Below, one piece after another: positions 11,510 to 26,954 of a stretch of 64,000 nt of DNA. Source of the DNA: Ptychomitrium polyphyllum (taxonomy: Eukaryota); the NCBI GenBank assembly GCA_973851085.1, contig OZ316775.1:16368001-16432000 (forward strand), read 5' to 3'. The translations under genes and the position numbers were made by a program. The notes under the pieces are model-generated. The model had not been told where the DNA came from. It ran no database searches and worked only from the letters and a program-made list of their open reading frames with translations. Position 1 is the first letter of the stretch. Each line of letters begins with the position of its first letter.

Positions 11510-13127
11510 TTCATCCTTTTCAATAGTGTCAACTCTTTGCCCTACCTCACCATTGAAATCCATGGTAAGATATATGTGTCTCTTTGTCCACCTCAAAATT
11601 AAATAGTATTTCAACTTTAAATATCTGATTATTGATATCAACACCATTAAAAGAAATTGTTTTTTTCAAAAATTACTCTAATGAATCAAAAACATGATAG
11701 TAAACCAAGAGAATTGAAGATGTGGTGTTTTTCTTTTTATTAAATTCTTTTTGGAATTACCAAAGTACTTTTCTTGAAGACTCTTTGTAGACTTGTTGTA
11801 TTATATTCAGACAATCTTAAACAATCAAACAAAAACTTAGTATGATTCTTTTTGCATTAAAGTTTTATTTGCAGGTCTTTTTCCTCTATGGCAATCACCG
11901 ACCCTAACAATGTGCTTAAGGGTAGTTTTGATAGATATTATACAAATGTCAAATGTTTCTTTTAAAGTGTTCAGTTTCTTTATAGACAGTGTAATACAAG
12001 TATTTCTGTGCTGTGACTTGGTAACGTCATTATGATCATTAACACCCATCTAAAGGTTCCCATTTCACAATGTTAAGTTCATTAGGGGAAATTATAAGAG
12101 TTGGTAGAAAAAACTGCAAATGAGACATGGTAATTCTCTTATGCAGAAGTAAAGGTAAGGTTTGTAATCCAATGATGAGGTTATGTTGACTCAAGATTTT
12201 ATATTCACAATTTCATTAAAGTATCTTAAAAGGCCTATGGACGTTTTGTTTTGTTTCGTTTGTGCCATCATAGCATTGTCAAACTTGATTATTATGTAAT
12301 AAAATCTCGCTCAAGAAGAGTCCAAGGTACTTAGGTTCTCTGCCAACTCCTAATTCAATTTAACAACATACAGATGCCAAGCAGGTCTCTATCCAAAAGA
12401 CTGGAATACAGGCACAATCAGGTTGACATACAAGCAACTAGTCTACAATGAAACTTAAGTGGGAAGCACATGTAATACATATGCATCCGAATCCGGTAGA
12501 TAAAGTACAAATGTGCAATGACTTTCTGTACTTTCCAACAACTGAAGCTCTCTAAACCATCAAGCAATGTACATCAAAATGTTTTTTACTTCGTTTAATT
12601 ACTGGTTTGTTCTTCTACGGTTACTGTAAAATACTCTCATATTTCTGTCTATGAGAAACAATTGGTATCCAATCCCTGATTCAAGTGTTCTAGCAGTCAG
12701 AAAGCGGAAAGTGCAACGATCTGCTAGCCAAAACCAGTCGATGTCACCACTGGAATTGCGAGACGGTTTCATAAGTGTTTCTCAACACTGTCATTGGAGG
12801 TAAAGTAGCAAATGAGTATTTGCGGACATCGTCATGACCTGTACTATGGCGACGAATCTACAAATTAAGTGAAGAGCGCTACATCTAATCCTTTCTTGTG
12901 TTGCCAGTTTACTGAGCTTCTCCACAACACACAGCTGGCGTACCGATTTTCAAAATCAGCGAGTCCGTTTGAAGCATAACAACCAAGCTCCAGGTTCCCA
13001 GTACAGGTCATATTCACAGTTGAGATAACCAAGATTAGAACTGCAGCATCATCTTCTATTGAGTTTCAGCCTGATGCATGCATGTCCATTTCCGCAACAC
13101 CACATCAGAGCAACACATTATCTCAGA

Positions 13128-16100
13128 TCAGTTCGTAGAAGTGACAGGACCTTGGGGATATGGTCGGTTTTCCTTTTCTGATGTATCTCTCCTCTGTGAT
13201 GTCCTGACATCTGGGCGTTGACAGGTGTATGCCCCCAAGTCCTTTGGCGTACATGGCTGCAACAAGTTGATCTGTACATCCTCTAACACTGCTCTTGGAG
13301 GTCGACAACTAAGACCTTTGGGTTGCTCCGGTCCATCTTGATTGTGTGCTGGTGTAGGACCAAAACGATTTGGAGTTGAATAAACAGCACGCTTCTTAGG
13401 GCCAACCGATAACAACACCTGTTCACATAACAATAAAGTGCGAATAAGATTTTGAATTGGTTAGAATATGTACTTAACGACTTCGAACTGGGTCCGGCAG
13501 CCGCATTGAGACAATCCTGTGAACAACCCCACCGCTCTTTTTACATTCGTTTCTATTATTTAGACCTGCAAATGACTAACTTTACCTGAAGCTTCAGGGG
13601 TTCAGCCTCGTTTAAAATCTCCAACTTTGTTACTTCATCCAGATGTTCACTTGAGTGGCCGTCTTTAGCAACACCCATTTGTTGAGAGTTCGACATTTCT
13701 TGTTGTAATAGAACCCCTTCTTGCTCAAGTACTGCATTTCTCGCTAGAATGTCATGATATACTTTCTGTATAAACAGATGATCATGTTAGCTCGCTTCCA
13801 GAATAAATAGGCATATGAAGAGCCACTTTGGACTTATGTACGGACGATTCACCACGATGTGATCAACACCTGCAAACACTCCGCTGGGCCTAAGAAACGG
13901 GATGGGATGCTTAATGAATGCTACTAGCTTCAAAAACACATAAATCAGACAACTGTAGATTCCCGCATAACTGAGTATAACAAGAATATCTGTATCCGTG
14001 CGTACCTTCCTTTGAGTCTCTGCTTTACGTAGTTGCAGCAACTCCTCACGCCAGCTCTACAAAAGAATTATCATATGCATATTAGACCTTATCCTTGACA
14101 GAGTCTTACAAAGTACGAATCAAGACTTCATCTTTACACCGTGAAGTAGGATGTCCAGTCCTTCGCCAGATTCCTGCCATTACATTCAACAAAGACGTTT
14201 CAAACGTTTATCCAACAATCACTACCTAGCAAGATGAACATACGCCTAGGAAGATCCTACCTTGGCCCTAATCAACCGCCTTTCAGCTTTCTTCAAACAG
14301 TTCTCAAGGACCTTGTTTCGCTCCATAGTTTCTCGGAAACGTGATTCCCGTTCCAGCTCATCATCTGGTGTCATAACCTGCTCCATTAGCTGTCGAATCT
14401 CTTCCTTCTGCGTCTCACATTGATCTCGCAGAGCTTGTAGGTCCGAGTCGTCACTCTGATGTGAAGCCTCCATGAACGCTCTCAAGTTTTTCACTCTGAA
14501 TGATAATGATTGTAAGATAGTTACTGCACATGTTTGAACAATGGGAGAGCTTTGACAACAAGGGTATCTCTCAACATCCAAAAATCGAAGATCCTATTCA
14601 GTGATCACAGAAACAGCGGACCTGACAACCCTCAAGAATTGCTCAACAAGTCTTGATTACAAGGAACATGATCGTACCTTAAATGCTCGATTTCCACTTT
14701 ATACTCGACAATCTCCATCTCCGCAATTGTCAGTCTTGCTTCAAGACCTTTCACCTTCAGAATGCACAACATACTAATATTGAACACAATGAAGAGAAGG
14801 TAACATTTGAGGATCTTTGAAGGGCGTTTTCATTTACCAATCGTCAATGTCACCTAATTCCTTACTGAGTGTTGTATTAGACTGGTGCAAAACACAAGAC
14901 ATATAGGTGGGGGGTTGTAGAGCAGGTGCTATTCAGCATATCAAATTAAAAGGGAGATACGTACACACAAAGTCATTGCATTGAGCTCCTGAATATTACC
15001 TTATTCAGCAGTTCCGTCGTGAACTGCTTTTCTGCCTCACTCATATTATGCATCATTTTCAGTTCCTCTGAAAATATCTTATCATACTGAAGTTTCGACA
15101 AACACTCGTAGCCTAGGTCAGTGTTACATGGCTCATCAGCAATTTGCACATCCAAAGAGACATTAGACTGACAGTTTGATGCCATCCCAGGTTGTTCATC
15201 ACAATCTTGGTGCAGGTCGATGTTGCATATATCCTCTCCCGGATCTTGAGACGACAGTAAGGAGGCAACTTCAAGAGATTGATCCAATGTATTTGAGGGG
15301 ACTACAGTGTCACGAGCTGCCTCAGAATTCTCTAAGCATCCGTCCAGACCTTCAATAGCATCGACCTCCGGATTACGTGCTCCATCATTCGAAACTCCTT
15401 GCATGAGTTTTCGTAATTTATGGGCTCCAAGTAAGGATTTCTTCGAAGAGAGTTTATGAATCAAACAGAGGCCAATATCAGTATTCTCTAGCAGCAACAC
15501 CTGAAGAGTCTCTAAGTTTTTGCCAACAGCTTCATTTGAAGCAATATGGCCTTCTAAGCATACAATGTCGTGATTAACGATACTGTTGAGTTCTTGAAGA
15601 AGTTCCCTGCCAAGCCGATTGGCAAGATGCAAGGACACTTTCAGGTTCTTTGCTTCTTGTAAAGTCCTGTGCTCCTTTCTTCCGTTTGCCATCATTTTGA
15701 CATCTGGATCTGCTAGCTGTTTCAATCGGCAGCACAAACAGCTCAGTGCAGCAGGAATATCATTAGTATGCACTTTATTCCCAGGCACGAACCTCGTTCT
15801 AGATTCATTCCAATAATAATCCTTCTCTTCCTGCACTTGAAACGTTGAATCGTCCTTGTCATCAAAAAGTCGTCTCTTATTGACCTTGTGCATTAAGGTC
15901 TCGGATGATTGTGTATTCTGGTTTTCGTTTGAAAACCTTCTGAATGTACACTCGCTATTCAATATTCCACATTGCATGGAGGACCGGTGGCTGTTCGTGT
16001 CTGTGGAATACTGGCATTTTGTACATATGCCACCTATTTCGTTGACTTCGAGGACATCATGTGTGAAGTCATCGCCGAAACATGAGGCACTACTGAATTG

Positions 16101-19100
16101 CGGATACTGATCATCTTGGATCCTCATCTCGAGACTGCGTAGTCTCTGTTTGCAGAACTCATTTTCTTCATCCATAGATACCCTTTCTTGAACTCTTTGT
16201 TCAAGAGCTTCCCTTGCGTGCAGAAGTTGGTCATGAAGATTCACAGTATCTGCTTTTAGCCGACTATTTTCGTGATTGCAGTTCTCCAGCTTGACTTCCA
16301 AGTCCTTGACTACATCATTCAGTTTCATGATTTCCTGCATTTCCATATAGCATATGACTCAGTACGCTTGCCCCAGAATAACAGAAACATTCCTTTACAG
16401 AAATTACACAAATATGATACGTAAATCCATTTAATCCTAACCTGTCTTGATACCTGAAGTTGAAACCTAGATTTCTCTTCCAGTAGGGCACTGTTTGCAG
16501 CTGCAACAGCTTCTTTGGTTTTTTCCTGGATCTGCAACATCAGGACGTTGATAGATAAGCAAAGCAGTTTTGATAAATAGAAGATAGCCTCAGTATGTAG
16601 ATGTAATTGTTTCAAATAGACTAGAAAATATGACCAGGTTTTATTAGTGACCCATTCTACATCTATGATAGTTGAGACTAAGACCTTGAATTCCGTAGAT
16701 GATTGAAGATCTTGGTACTGCAAATTCATATCGTTCAGCTGCTGTTTGATCTGTTCACAGACCAAGTCCAGAAGTCAGCTTCATAACCGGTTCATCACAC
16801 TAGACGTCTCTTCTTTCGAAATGATTTCACCAAGCAGTAGTTATTAAACTCTTATTACTTTGTTCAATAAAAATGATATCAACGTTAAATTTTGGGATGT
16901 GTTTTCAGCCCTACAGTATATTCGATCAATTGAATGGGAGTTTCTGATAAACAATGCTATCAACCCTACTCAACAACAAGGAAACTCGCAATTTGGGACG
17001 GTCCTAATTGAAGCAAACAAATAACACTAAACTTTACATACTAAAATAGAAGCGTGAATAGCAGATATTTCAAAAAATACTAGAAGCTAGTCATTTACCA
17101 TGTCAATTTTGCTTGAACCCTCAGCAAGAAGAGTGGCCTGTCTGGAGCCTCGTCTATTTTCAGCTTCTGACGAAGTATGTGACGATCGGGAGTCAGTATT
17201 AATGAGACATTCATTCATATTCCCCCTGGTATCCTCATCATCAATGTATGAAAATTCTTGTTGTGAGCCCATATTTAGGCTGACCCATGTGTCTTCATCT
17301 GCGACATTCTGAAAGTCTGCGAAGGCAGGTAAGCTGTCCACCCCGCTTGAATTGCTCCAAAACGAGTCGCTTTCATCATTGACAAGAGTTTCGAAAGCAG
17401 GAGGAAGACCGAGGATTCTGTCCCTCCGTAAAGCTGAAGGTCTCATATTGGCATCAACGCAGGCTGATACAGCGGGTGGGTTTTTCCCGCTACTAATCCT
17501 ACGAAGACCCTGCGAGGCAATTCAATCAATGGCAACGTCATCTTTCCATTTAAGGATGCACAGCGTATTAGGTATCATTTCAGGAAAAGGTACAGAAATA
17601 TTACCTGTTCCAGCGTATTTGAAATAGATACTTGTGGACACCAAGTTTCCCTCCTGTAGTTCTGTGTAAAACGGTTTAGTAACGAAACTGTTAGCTATCT
17701 CATATTCGCCACAAACTGTATAATTACGAGAACTCGCGAGAATACATTTAGTCGCGCTACCAGTTCACTATCTTAACGAGTTTAGATCAACGATAGTTAA
17801 AGGAGGCACTGCTTCAGAATGCACACACAATATTACACCTTTTTGATAGGTAGTTCACGGTCTTCAATAGCTCCATTTATCACCATTTTACTTAGATTTT
17901 CAATCCTCTGCTCCTGCTCTTTAATCCGTCGCTCGCGTTCCACCTGTGCTTTTATCTCTTGCTCGAGTTCTAGTTCCAATCTCTCTCGCCCAAGCTCGTA
18001 CTAGCCACACAGTAGAACCAAATACTTCAGTAAAGTGTTAATTTTAAAACTCCGGAGAACTGTAATCCGGGGAGCTCAACTCAATCTAACCTTTGCAATT
18101 TCAGGTTGCCAGAGAATGATTTGCAGCACAATGATGTACCTCTATTGAACGCCAATTATGCATGAGTAAGGCTACAGAATACAACAAGAATTAAGTGACG
18201 CTTTCGAACCATGCCAACAACAATCTGATGACGATGTGTAGTGCTTTGCTAACTGCGGTTCTTCGGTGTCACTCAGCAATCATAATTTACTTATTTTGAT
18301 ACTACAAAAGAGAAATTGATAAGTTTTAAAACCTTAAGCAAGTCGTTTCGTAAATGCAGAATCTCCTTCTTCAAGTCTTTCGAATGAGGTGAACCCTACA
18401 ATATTCCGTAGTCATGAGGACGGTAAGTGATGCAAACTGAATGTACGCAACAGTAATTTGCCGTTATAACATTTTGATATCTGGTACGAATATACAGCTA
18501 CATGTATTGCTGGAGAAATACAGTACTCATTATACGTACCATACTCTAGCATCAAAACTTGAACCTCAACCTTCTTCCAGCATTGATAGCTGTGACTCAG
18601 TACACACTCAATCCTAGTGACCATTCGCCAGATAAGTATGTCGAGATCTCTCCTCAGTTCTTACATTTGAGGATTCTACATTTGAGAATTCTACCTAATC
18701 CACATGTAAAGGACACTTTGAAGAAATGACTCAAGAATAATCTGACTAACCTCAAGTCTTCTCCTGAGTTCTGTTATTTCCTCTTTCTGTCGTTTCAAAA
18801 GTGCAGCATCCGTCAAGATCTGTCCAAGAATAAGCCCAATGTCAGATAGTCTGATAATGCTAATCCATCACTAACTAACGATGACTGTATGTAGCTTGTT
18901 TATACATGGTTCTAGGTTGACTAAAAACTTCAAATAATAGAAATATTCGGCATGATAAGACTCACTAACGGGATGTCAACTCACCTCATTCACTTGGGCG
19001 CAGGTAGTGACACGCTTAGCTCTGCTAGCAAATTGCAAGGTGCCCCTGGTCTCATCGATATGAATCTATGTGGCGACAATTTAGATTAGAAGATATAAGA

Positions 19101-22100
19101 TCAAAATAACATCATGGTGATAGAAGCTTCAAAAGTAATGACTAGATCTAAGGAGCCAATCGGAATCCCAACCCCCTTAATTGACAGCTTTTCCACAGTT
19201 TCAAGCATTGGAACTAACCTCGTCAGGATTTATAGTACAAATAATTGCAGTTCTTGCATTTCCTCCTAGGGCCGATTGAAGGATTCGAGTGAGTTTACTG
19301 TCACGATAAGGGATATGTGCTCTGCAAAAAGACGGGAATCAGTGAGTAGAGAGCAAATGGAGATACAGTTCTTTACTTCCATTTCGAATGTCCGTTTCAA
19401 ATATTGACAATGTCATTTCGTATTTGGATGAACGTTCAAATAGACAAACGCACAATCGTTACTGTAAAGCTAGCATATCATCAATCACTTTAAAATTGTG
19501 TAACCTCCATTATGGTTGCGAACGATTGTAGAAAGTACATACCTTTGCTTTCCACCTCCCTCACTTAGCTTATTTATTACTATTCCAAGAGTAGTGAGAC
19601 TTTTGTTGATGTGAGCTCCCTCTTTCAAACGAACGCCTTCAGCGCCAGTTTTAGAGATTCTCTCAGATCCTGCCAAATCCACCAGATTCTGCAGTGTTCG
19701 GCAGCTATTAACAACCGTAATAATATATCCACCACACATTAAAGCTCACTATACCATTTTTAAGTTCCAGATATGTTCGTGTTTGACCATGTATTTCTCA
19801 TATTCCATGAAGGAAAAGTGGCGACGATGTAAAAATGTTGTTTGACCGTTATCCGTGTGTAAAACCACTTGTACGTCTTGCATCATTAAAATTCATGCTT
19901 GATAACTTCATTTCCACGTCAAACTAATTCATTAATGAAAGGCACCTAAACTAATTTAACAGATAAAATATAATTACCAGTACCGAAACTCGTACAGCAT
20001 CCTGGGCACTCAGATAATTGTCTTGACTGGAGTCGTGACTCTTGTCCCTGCTCTCAATCACCTACGGCATCCCAGCAATGAATCAGTCAAAAAAATTAGA
20101 AACATTATTCTTACTAGATCAGTCTTACATTTCAAGAGTTACACCACTCACTGACCAAGACCTCGAACAGGTTTGAACACGTTATTCATTCCATTCATAC
20201 ACTGTATCCAGAAAACACCATATATTTAAATGATGTTCAGGAAGATCCAATCATTAGTATGTAACTAACGTAACCAGCAAACACATGATAGACTGCGAAC
20301 ACATGTCGTGGCTATTGGATTGAAATTTGAGGTTGTTTACCATGCGAAATATGGTGTGTGATCGACTGCTATTAACGTTCATGTCTGTTTCCGCGAAGTA
20401 TCTCTGAGCTACACAACATTTTATAGAAATGACAACTGTCAACAGTCTGAAATTATTCAGGCAAAAAAATTGAATGAGGACAACAAATAAGAACCTCGCA
20501 TATTATCAACTCATGTTGCCAACGCATTAAAACTATACGTACTTACAGTTTGCTGCTATGCCTTCTAGGCTCTGAATGATTATGAAAGGACAAAATTTTG
20601 AAATGTATAGTCTCTTACCTTCACCACGCTCAAGAACTGCAATGACTTGCTCTACACTATCAGCAATTTCTTCCCTCAGTCCTGCCACAAAGATGCCTCT
20701 CTGCATAGAAACAAAACTCCTACTTAGACCACCCCACTTTGACCATCAACATATAGGAAGAAATGAGTAAAGATTAATTATCAAACGTATGGATTTGCTA
20801 AACACGGACTTATGAAGATCAAACACTACCTCAAGGCTCTCGTGAATTTGCAGCTTCCGATTCTCAGGTGCTAGAAGGTCATTGATCTCCTCGTTATATA
20901 TCTCCATGTACGAGACCCGCACCAGGAACTCCCGATCTTCAATCTGTAAGGAAGTATCAGGAAAGCTATAGAACTCACTAAACTTTCGTTTCATTCACTG
21001 AACTCAATGCGAAGCTGTTCGCTTTTAGAGCACACTGTGGCCTTGCAAGAAGGTTATTTCATCTTCCAGTAAGACACTCACACTTGTAACCATATGAAAC
21101 TGAGATAATTCACATGGAGCTGCTAACAGCCTAAACAAAAGGTGTAGAACATCCTAAAAACAGACAACCAAACATGCTTGCACCCAGTCAATTCTGTTTG
21201 TTCGACATTCTTACTACATCAGGAAAGACAGGCAACTAACCTTCTCGATGTTGGTGAAGACATCCTGAATGGCCAGTCGAACGACACCTTGATCGCTTGC
21301 AGAACCTTGCATTGTGTAAGTTTTGCCGCTGCTTGTCTGACCGTAAGCAAATACTGTGCCTGTAAGATTGCAAGTCGTAAAATAATGTTGAGAAAAGCAA
21401 TCAAAATTGTTAGAACAGGTTACTTATGTCATATTAGTACTACAGGAATTAAAGTGCAGTCATCTCAAATTCTTAGTAGCAAGGATACTATCCAAGAAAA
21501 AATAGAACATGAGCACTCTACATGAATCAAGCCACTTAGGCTCTGTAAACAAGGATTGAGCTTAATGAGGACGGCAATAAAAATTCATAAAAAACCAATT
21601 GATGCCGAAGGATATTAGACTGAATTGCATCGTACCGTTGAAGCCTGACACTGCGGATAAAACGAGATCCTTCGCGTGCTCCTCGTAAATTTGCGCATTT
21701 TTTATTCTCGTTCCGAATATGGTATCTGCAAGCCACCCAATTGTCAGAGTCGCTCCGCATTTCTTAACAATAAACCGTGACAATGACGATGAGGACTCAG
21801 CCTATAATAGTCAGAGAGAGAGATGGTCCAAGAAATCGCATACATGAGCTGTGCCTTTCATTACGGCCAAAGTACCGCTCAATATACAACGCTCTGATGC
21901 TTGAACTTTAAGGTATGAAATCTTTCCATACAGCAGGTGCCCGCTACACCATTAGCCCTCAGTAGGCAAGGCTCTGAGAGGCTAATTCATCACTAGCATG
22001 GATAAAAGCGACTTGCAGATCACCAAAAAGTAAGGAACATCAACTATTGCTCGCTGTATACCCACTAGTTTCTATTTTGTCAGGTTCAATGCTTAAGCAC

Positions 22101-23057
22101 GGCAAACAGCGTTACGCACAAAATCAGGTACAATTTCAAATATACTTTCATAATTAAGTGTCTGGAGTTCGTTAATTTTCAGGGCAAGGAATAAGTGAAA
22201 CAAGAAGCGTTCACCTTGGCTGATTATGGTGTCGCAAGGTCTTTGAGGCGATATTCGAAGTTAAAAGTGAGCTTCGCTTACTAGCACGGATTCATACGCA
22301 TTCTAATTCACCATCTAGTTACAACGACTACCACATAATGCATCCAACATCTGAACCGACATGATCCTATCATTGCGTAACCAGCAACTATTGTGTAACT
22401 AACGGCTCCAAACTACTTGCTTGATAAAATCTAGAGCTTGTGCATTTCATTCGATGCTCAAGCAACTCCGAATCTGACCAGTCAGGGTCACTTCTTACAG
22501 CTAAAATTCCATTTCCAGCAAAGGCTGATTGCATTTTACAGGTTCGCAAGGTTCAGCGAATGTAATCGATTGCAATGCAATGTCTAACGTACGGCTAACG
22601 AGTCACTAGCAAAATCCAGCTGAAATTCAAAGTTCAGGAAACCCGACCATTTGAAGTAAGCTTGAGTAACAATTGGCGAAAGAAGAGTAGAACATAGGTA
22701 CAGCGGAGTCTACCAGGATATAAAACAGAAATGGCTTCTAGAAAAGTTAGCAAGTGTGCTCTCACTTGCACACAGAAAAATTTGCAGTGTTCGCCGACTT
22801 GAAGGTAAAATCCTGCTGAAAACAACAGACAGACCACGAAGACGACACAACAATACCACACGGAACACACGCTCGCGCAGCATTGAACCTTCAAGACTTT
22901 GTTGAGCCTTACCAAACGCATAGGTCTGACCCTTCATGGGAGTGCCAAACGCACTGTGCAACGAAATAGTGTTCGCCACAACATTCCATTGCATCCCATT
23001 GCTTGTTTCCTGCCTTCTCGTCGGCTTCACACGAATCGCAACGCAAATTCTCTCCAT
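13128..23057 (-). CDS. KIN7: Kinesin-7 (CENP-E-like, KIN7N/KIN7O type), ~1368 aa. Predicted exons: 23057-22913, 21725-21636, 21359-21241, 20943-20830, 20700-20619, 20408-20341, 20061-19978, 19688-19543, 19321-19219, 19065-18985, 18819-18751, 18395-18333, 18000-17839, 17661-17605, 17509-17099, 16750-16685, 16531-16454, 16334-15000, 14754-14678, 14495-14261, 14056-14006, 13765-13586, 13418-13128
   Basis: Motor motifs [60 protein letters not shown]; neck [14 protein letters not shown] and RRETWCP typical of the CENP-E clade; coiled-coil stalk. All junctions GT-AG and phase-compatible; tail exons less certain than motor exons. Confidence 0.9.
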
Positions 23058-26000
23058 GGCTCACTGTCTCCACATTTACAACAATTCACACATGCACAAG
23101 ACCGCCTCCTGCCGCCGTTTATTGCTAAGTACCATCCTCAATATAGCATACGTCTGCATACCCTTCGCAATGCCAATAAAGCTCAGTTCAACCAAAAACC
23201 AACTTCATCGCTCTCAAACAATACTAACCGCTCTGCAGCTCTCGCCACTCCGCCAACTCTCTCTCTCTGTCGCTGCTCAAGTTTCCAATTTCACAAGAGC
23301 TCGCCTTTCCCGCATCAAAAAGCCCGCCAAGAGGTGCAGATCTGGGAGCACAATAAGCGCAAGCCTCTCATCGACGCGGTTAAAAGTAGAAACGACAAGC
23401 GTCGCCATTTCCAGTTCCACATAGCATCTTTGCGGACCAAGGCATCGACAGCGGCAATGCCTTCTACAACCGCGCCATTGTAGCCATTGCAAACGCAGAA
23501 ACTCTGCACAGTGGGAGAAGTGACTCCCCTCGCTCTGGTGAAGGAGAACCCGAACAAGCCGCCTACCCTAAGCTACCGCCAAGGAGGAACAGAAATGAAA
23601 ATGGACAACGATCACAAGAGCGAAGCAAGCCAAGTTCAAAACACTCTGCAGAGACGTACAGCGGGAGCTTGAAGACTACGGTACCCCTCAATCTATACGC
23701 CGTCCATACGTCGTTATCTCTCTGTTCACACGTGGTAGTAAGACGCTATCTAGGCATAAGAGGAGGTGGAAGACTTCGGTCGCATTCTGCTAATTCGAGA
23801 TGTATACCCAAAACCGACACCATCTACAGTGAGCATCGTACTACGTTGAAGGGAGTCTACTGATCACCGAGGGAGTGTCGAAAACATGTACAGTGACGGA
23901 TTGTCACTGTCTGTATCACAAGGGAATACGGCGCGGAATGTTGCCGGCATTAGATTATGTCGGTTTTGTGCACAGGGACGGTTTTGGGTATACAATGAAT
24001 AAGTCCAGCATTCGCTTCCTGTTCACACGTAATAACAGGACACGAAGGGACCAACACGCAGAGAACCGACACTATTATGCTACTTGTAGAGATCAGAGAT
24101 TAAGATCTACAGTATGAGCTTGGCGGACAGTATTTTAGGTGCAGTGAGGGTTTCGAGGAAGCGTCCGTTATCTGGACAGAGGTGAAGCGAGAGGTTGAAA
24201 AATACGATCCTCGTGTATTAACAAGCCGTATTTACGTCCGACAGTGAGTCCGTGTTCACATGCCATGTTAGTAATAAAGGAGTGGAAAGGATTTATTTGG
24301 GTGGAAAACGGATAGACAAAGTAAAGGCGAATGGCCACCGTGGCGGACTCGAGGGCCTGGAGAGCTTTAACAGCAGAATCAGAGTGCTTATTGACGATAT
24401 TTATGTATTGTTTTATATTTTGAAATTTTTATTGGAGATCCTGTTGCAAAAAAACATATTCAAGCCTCAGTGTTAGTTTCCTTGACAATGACAAGTTATT
24501 TAACCGTGAAATGCTTAATGCATTCTTCAGGGATGCCTCTGAAAGCCCTCTTCCAAAAAGTTATTCCATCTTCTAATTTATGAGTATTTTCTCCTCAAAA
24601 TTAAAGGTATTTATGTGCCAAATCTTCAAACTAGATCCATATTTCCATGCATTGTTTGCCAAATGCTCACATTATCCTATACTATAACTACCTTTTATTA
24701 TTGATTTCTCATTTTCCAAGATGAACGCAAGTTGCTTTTAGTGGTATAGAATATTGTGCATGTATGCATTTTATAATGTATTATATAAAATGCTTGATGT
24801 GTGATTAATATGAAGTCAAAGTTCAAACAAGATTGAAGATTTTAACATGTAAATCAAATTTGAGATTTTGATGACAAAGTATAATTCATGAGTAAACTTA
24901 TCAAAATTAGGTTGTAAAGCAAAAATACAAAAGATGCTTGTATTTCTACAATTGTATTTTATATCATTTTTTAAAACTTTAATTTAAGGCTGAGGATCAT
25001 TCAAAATGAATCAAAAAAATAAATTAATCCAATTATAAGTTGTATAAAAATTTACATATTTTTATCAACAATTATGCCTAAAATTTAAAATCACAATTCA
25101 ATTGAGATGGGAAAAATTTCTATAATTTTAATTGTTCAAATTTTAATTAAACTATTAAATAAAATTATCAAACTATTTAACATTTCTTACAAAATAATTT
25201 ACCAAAATAATAAACATTATATGATATTAAATGTAATTTTTAGTATAATGACCATGAACAAATTATATGGTAATTAACAAATTTAATATTGCTTAATAAA
25301 AAGCCTGATAAGTTTTTAGCTTGCATCAACATATGAAACAAGAATGACAAAGATAATTAAAACTAGTTACTTTTTATTTTTAAGATCGTTAAGAATAACT
25401 CATACTACAATTGAATTTCTTACATATGAATATACAACCAATTATACAAATTTTACTGCAATTATCAATTCTAAAAATCTAAAATCAAGTATTTATTGTT
25501 TATTTATGTAAATCCTATATTAGTTAAAAACATGAATGAAGTTAAACTATAAATTAATGAACTGTACAAAAATGAAATAATTAATAACCATAGAAATTCT
25601 AAAAGTTTATTTATTCATTATTTAATAAAAAAAATTATTACAACATAAAAACTTATTTATATGTTTAATTTTAATTTTTTAATTTACTTTAATTACACTT
25701 TGCAACCAAAATCCAAGTCCACAAACAATTTCTGGTTATAATTATAACTATGATTATACATTCAATGTACAATGTACAATTGCTCTTCATAATCGTTTTT
25801 TTTCTAATTTAAGTAGGCCAATCATAAAAATTCTTGAAGAATTATCTACACATTAAAGCTCGTACTTATCCAATTATTATAAAAAAAAAGAAAAGCATAA
25901 TGACTTTTCAAATAAATGGTAATACTCAAAAAACCACAACCTGCCTATTATATAAGCCTATAATTTGAATTTATCATAATTAAAGCAATAGCTTATGAAA

Positions 26001-26340
26001 TGATATTCACATTGAATCACATATAATACATGTAGTTACAAAATGTTGGATTTATGATTGCACAATTTTATACCTATAATTAATATAACTAATATTAAAT
26101 AATGATTTTTCCTCAATTAAAAATCAACGAACTCTTCTTATGCATATTTGATAGATTCAATCCTTTTTAAAAGGTTCCAAAATAAATTTCTTATAGCAAT
26201 TAATCAAATGGATAAATTTCCTTCAAAACAAATCTCTTATCTTATTGCAAAACTATCACATGATTTAAAATTGATTGCTAAATCACATTGAATAAATGCT
26301 ATGTGGTTTAGTTTTGGAAAGATTTCATCCAATTATCAAG

Positions 26341-26481
26341 AACTTCATTTTGATTGGCCTTGTTAGTGCCAATTAGATTTTGCAGAATAAACTAGGTGAA
26401 AAATTTATCAAAAACTTCATTTTGATTGGCCTTGTTAGTGCCAATTAGATTTTGCAGAATAAACTAGGTGAAAAATCTATC
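26341..26481. repeat. 72-bp tandem duplication (2 units), mirrored at ~35440-35580
   Basis: AACTTCATTTTGATTGGCCTTGTTAGTGCCAATTAGATTTTGCAGAATAAACTAGGTGAAAAAT starts at 26341 and 26413. Confidence 0.9.
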
Positions 26482-26914
26482 TTGGCTTGGCATTTTTATC
26501 CAATTATAGGCTTATCAAAGCTATTAAAAAAACACTTTGAACGGAAATTAATTAAAGCAATTAATTGATATAGTCTTGCATTTCTTCATGAATTTTCTCA
26601 CTTGCAATTTCCTTCTTCAATTCATAAAAAGCTTCAATTACATAATTTGATATTATCAAACATCATTTAACAAAATACTAGATTTTTTTAACATAATGAG
26701 GTTGCTCGTTATCTTTGTTCACTTCTTATTTTAATATTCACTCTAATACCTTATAAGTGCTACTCCCATATGTGAACGCTACATTATTCAAATTTTTACA
26801 ATAAAATTAAACAACGTACATAAAAGACATAAAAGACAGAAGTACATCCGCCGTGTCATGCATCCCCTCCATAGCACACCCAACTCCAATGCCATGCCTA
26901 AACCGTGCTTAGTC

Positions 26915-26954
26915 ACATACATACATACATACATACATACATACATACATACAT
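26915..26954. repeat. (ACAT)10 microsatellite, same length in the other arm (34967-35006)
   Basis: Read directly from the sequence. Confidence 0.95.

Noticed and set aside
22899..23483. 194-aa and 162-aa plus-strand ORFs
   Set aside because: Antisense to kinesin exon 1 and its leader; no recognisable domain.
24160..24315. AACGG (MSA-like) cores upstream of the mitotic kinesin
   Set aside because: Only two short cores with poor flanks, over 1 kb from the ATG, TSS unknown; expected by chance.
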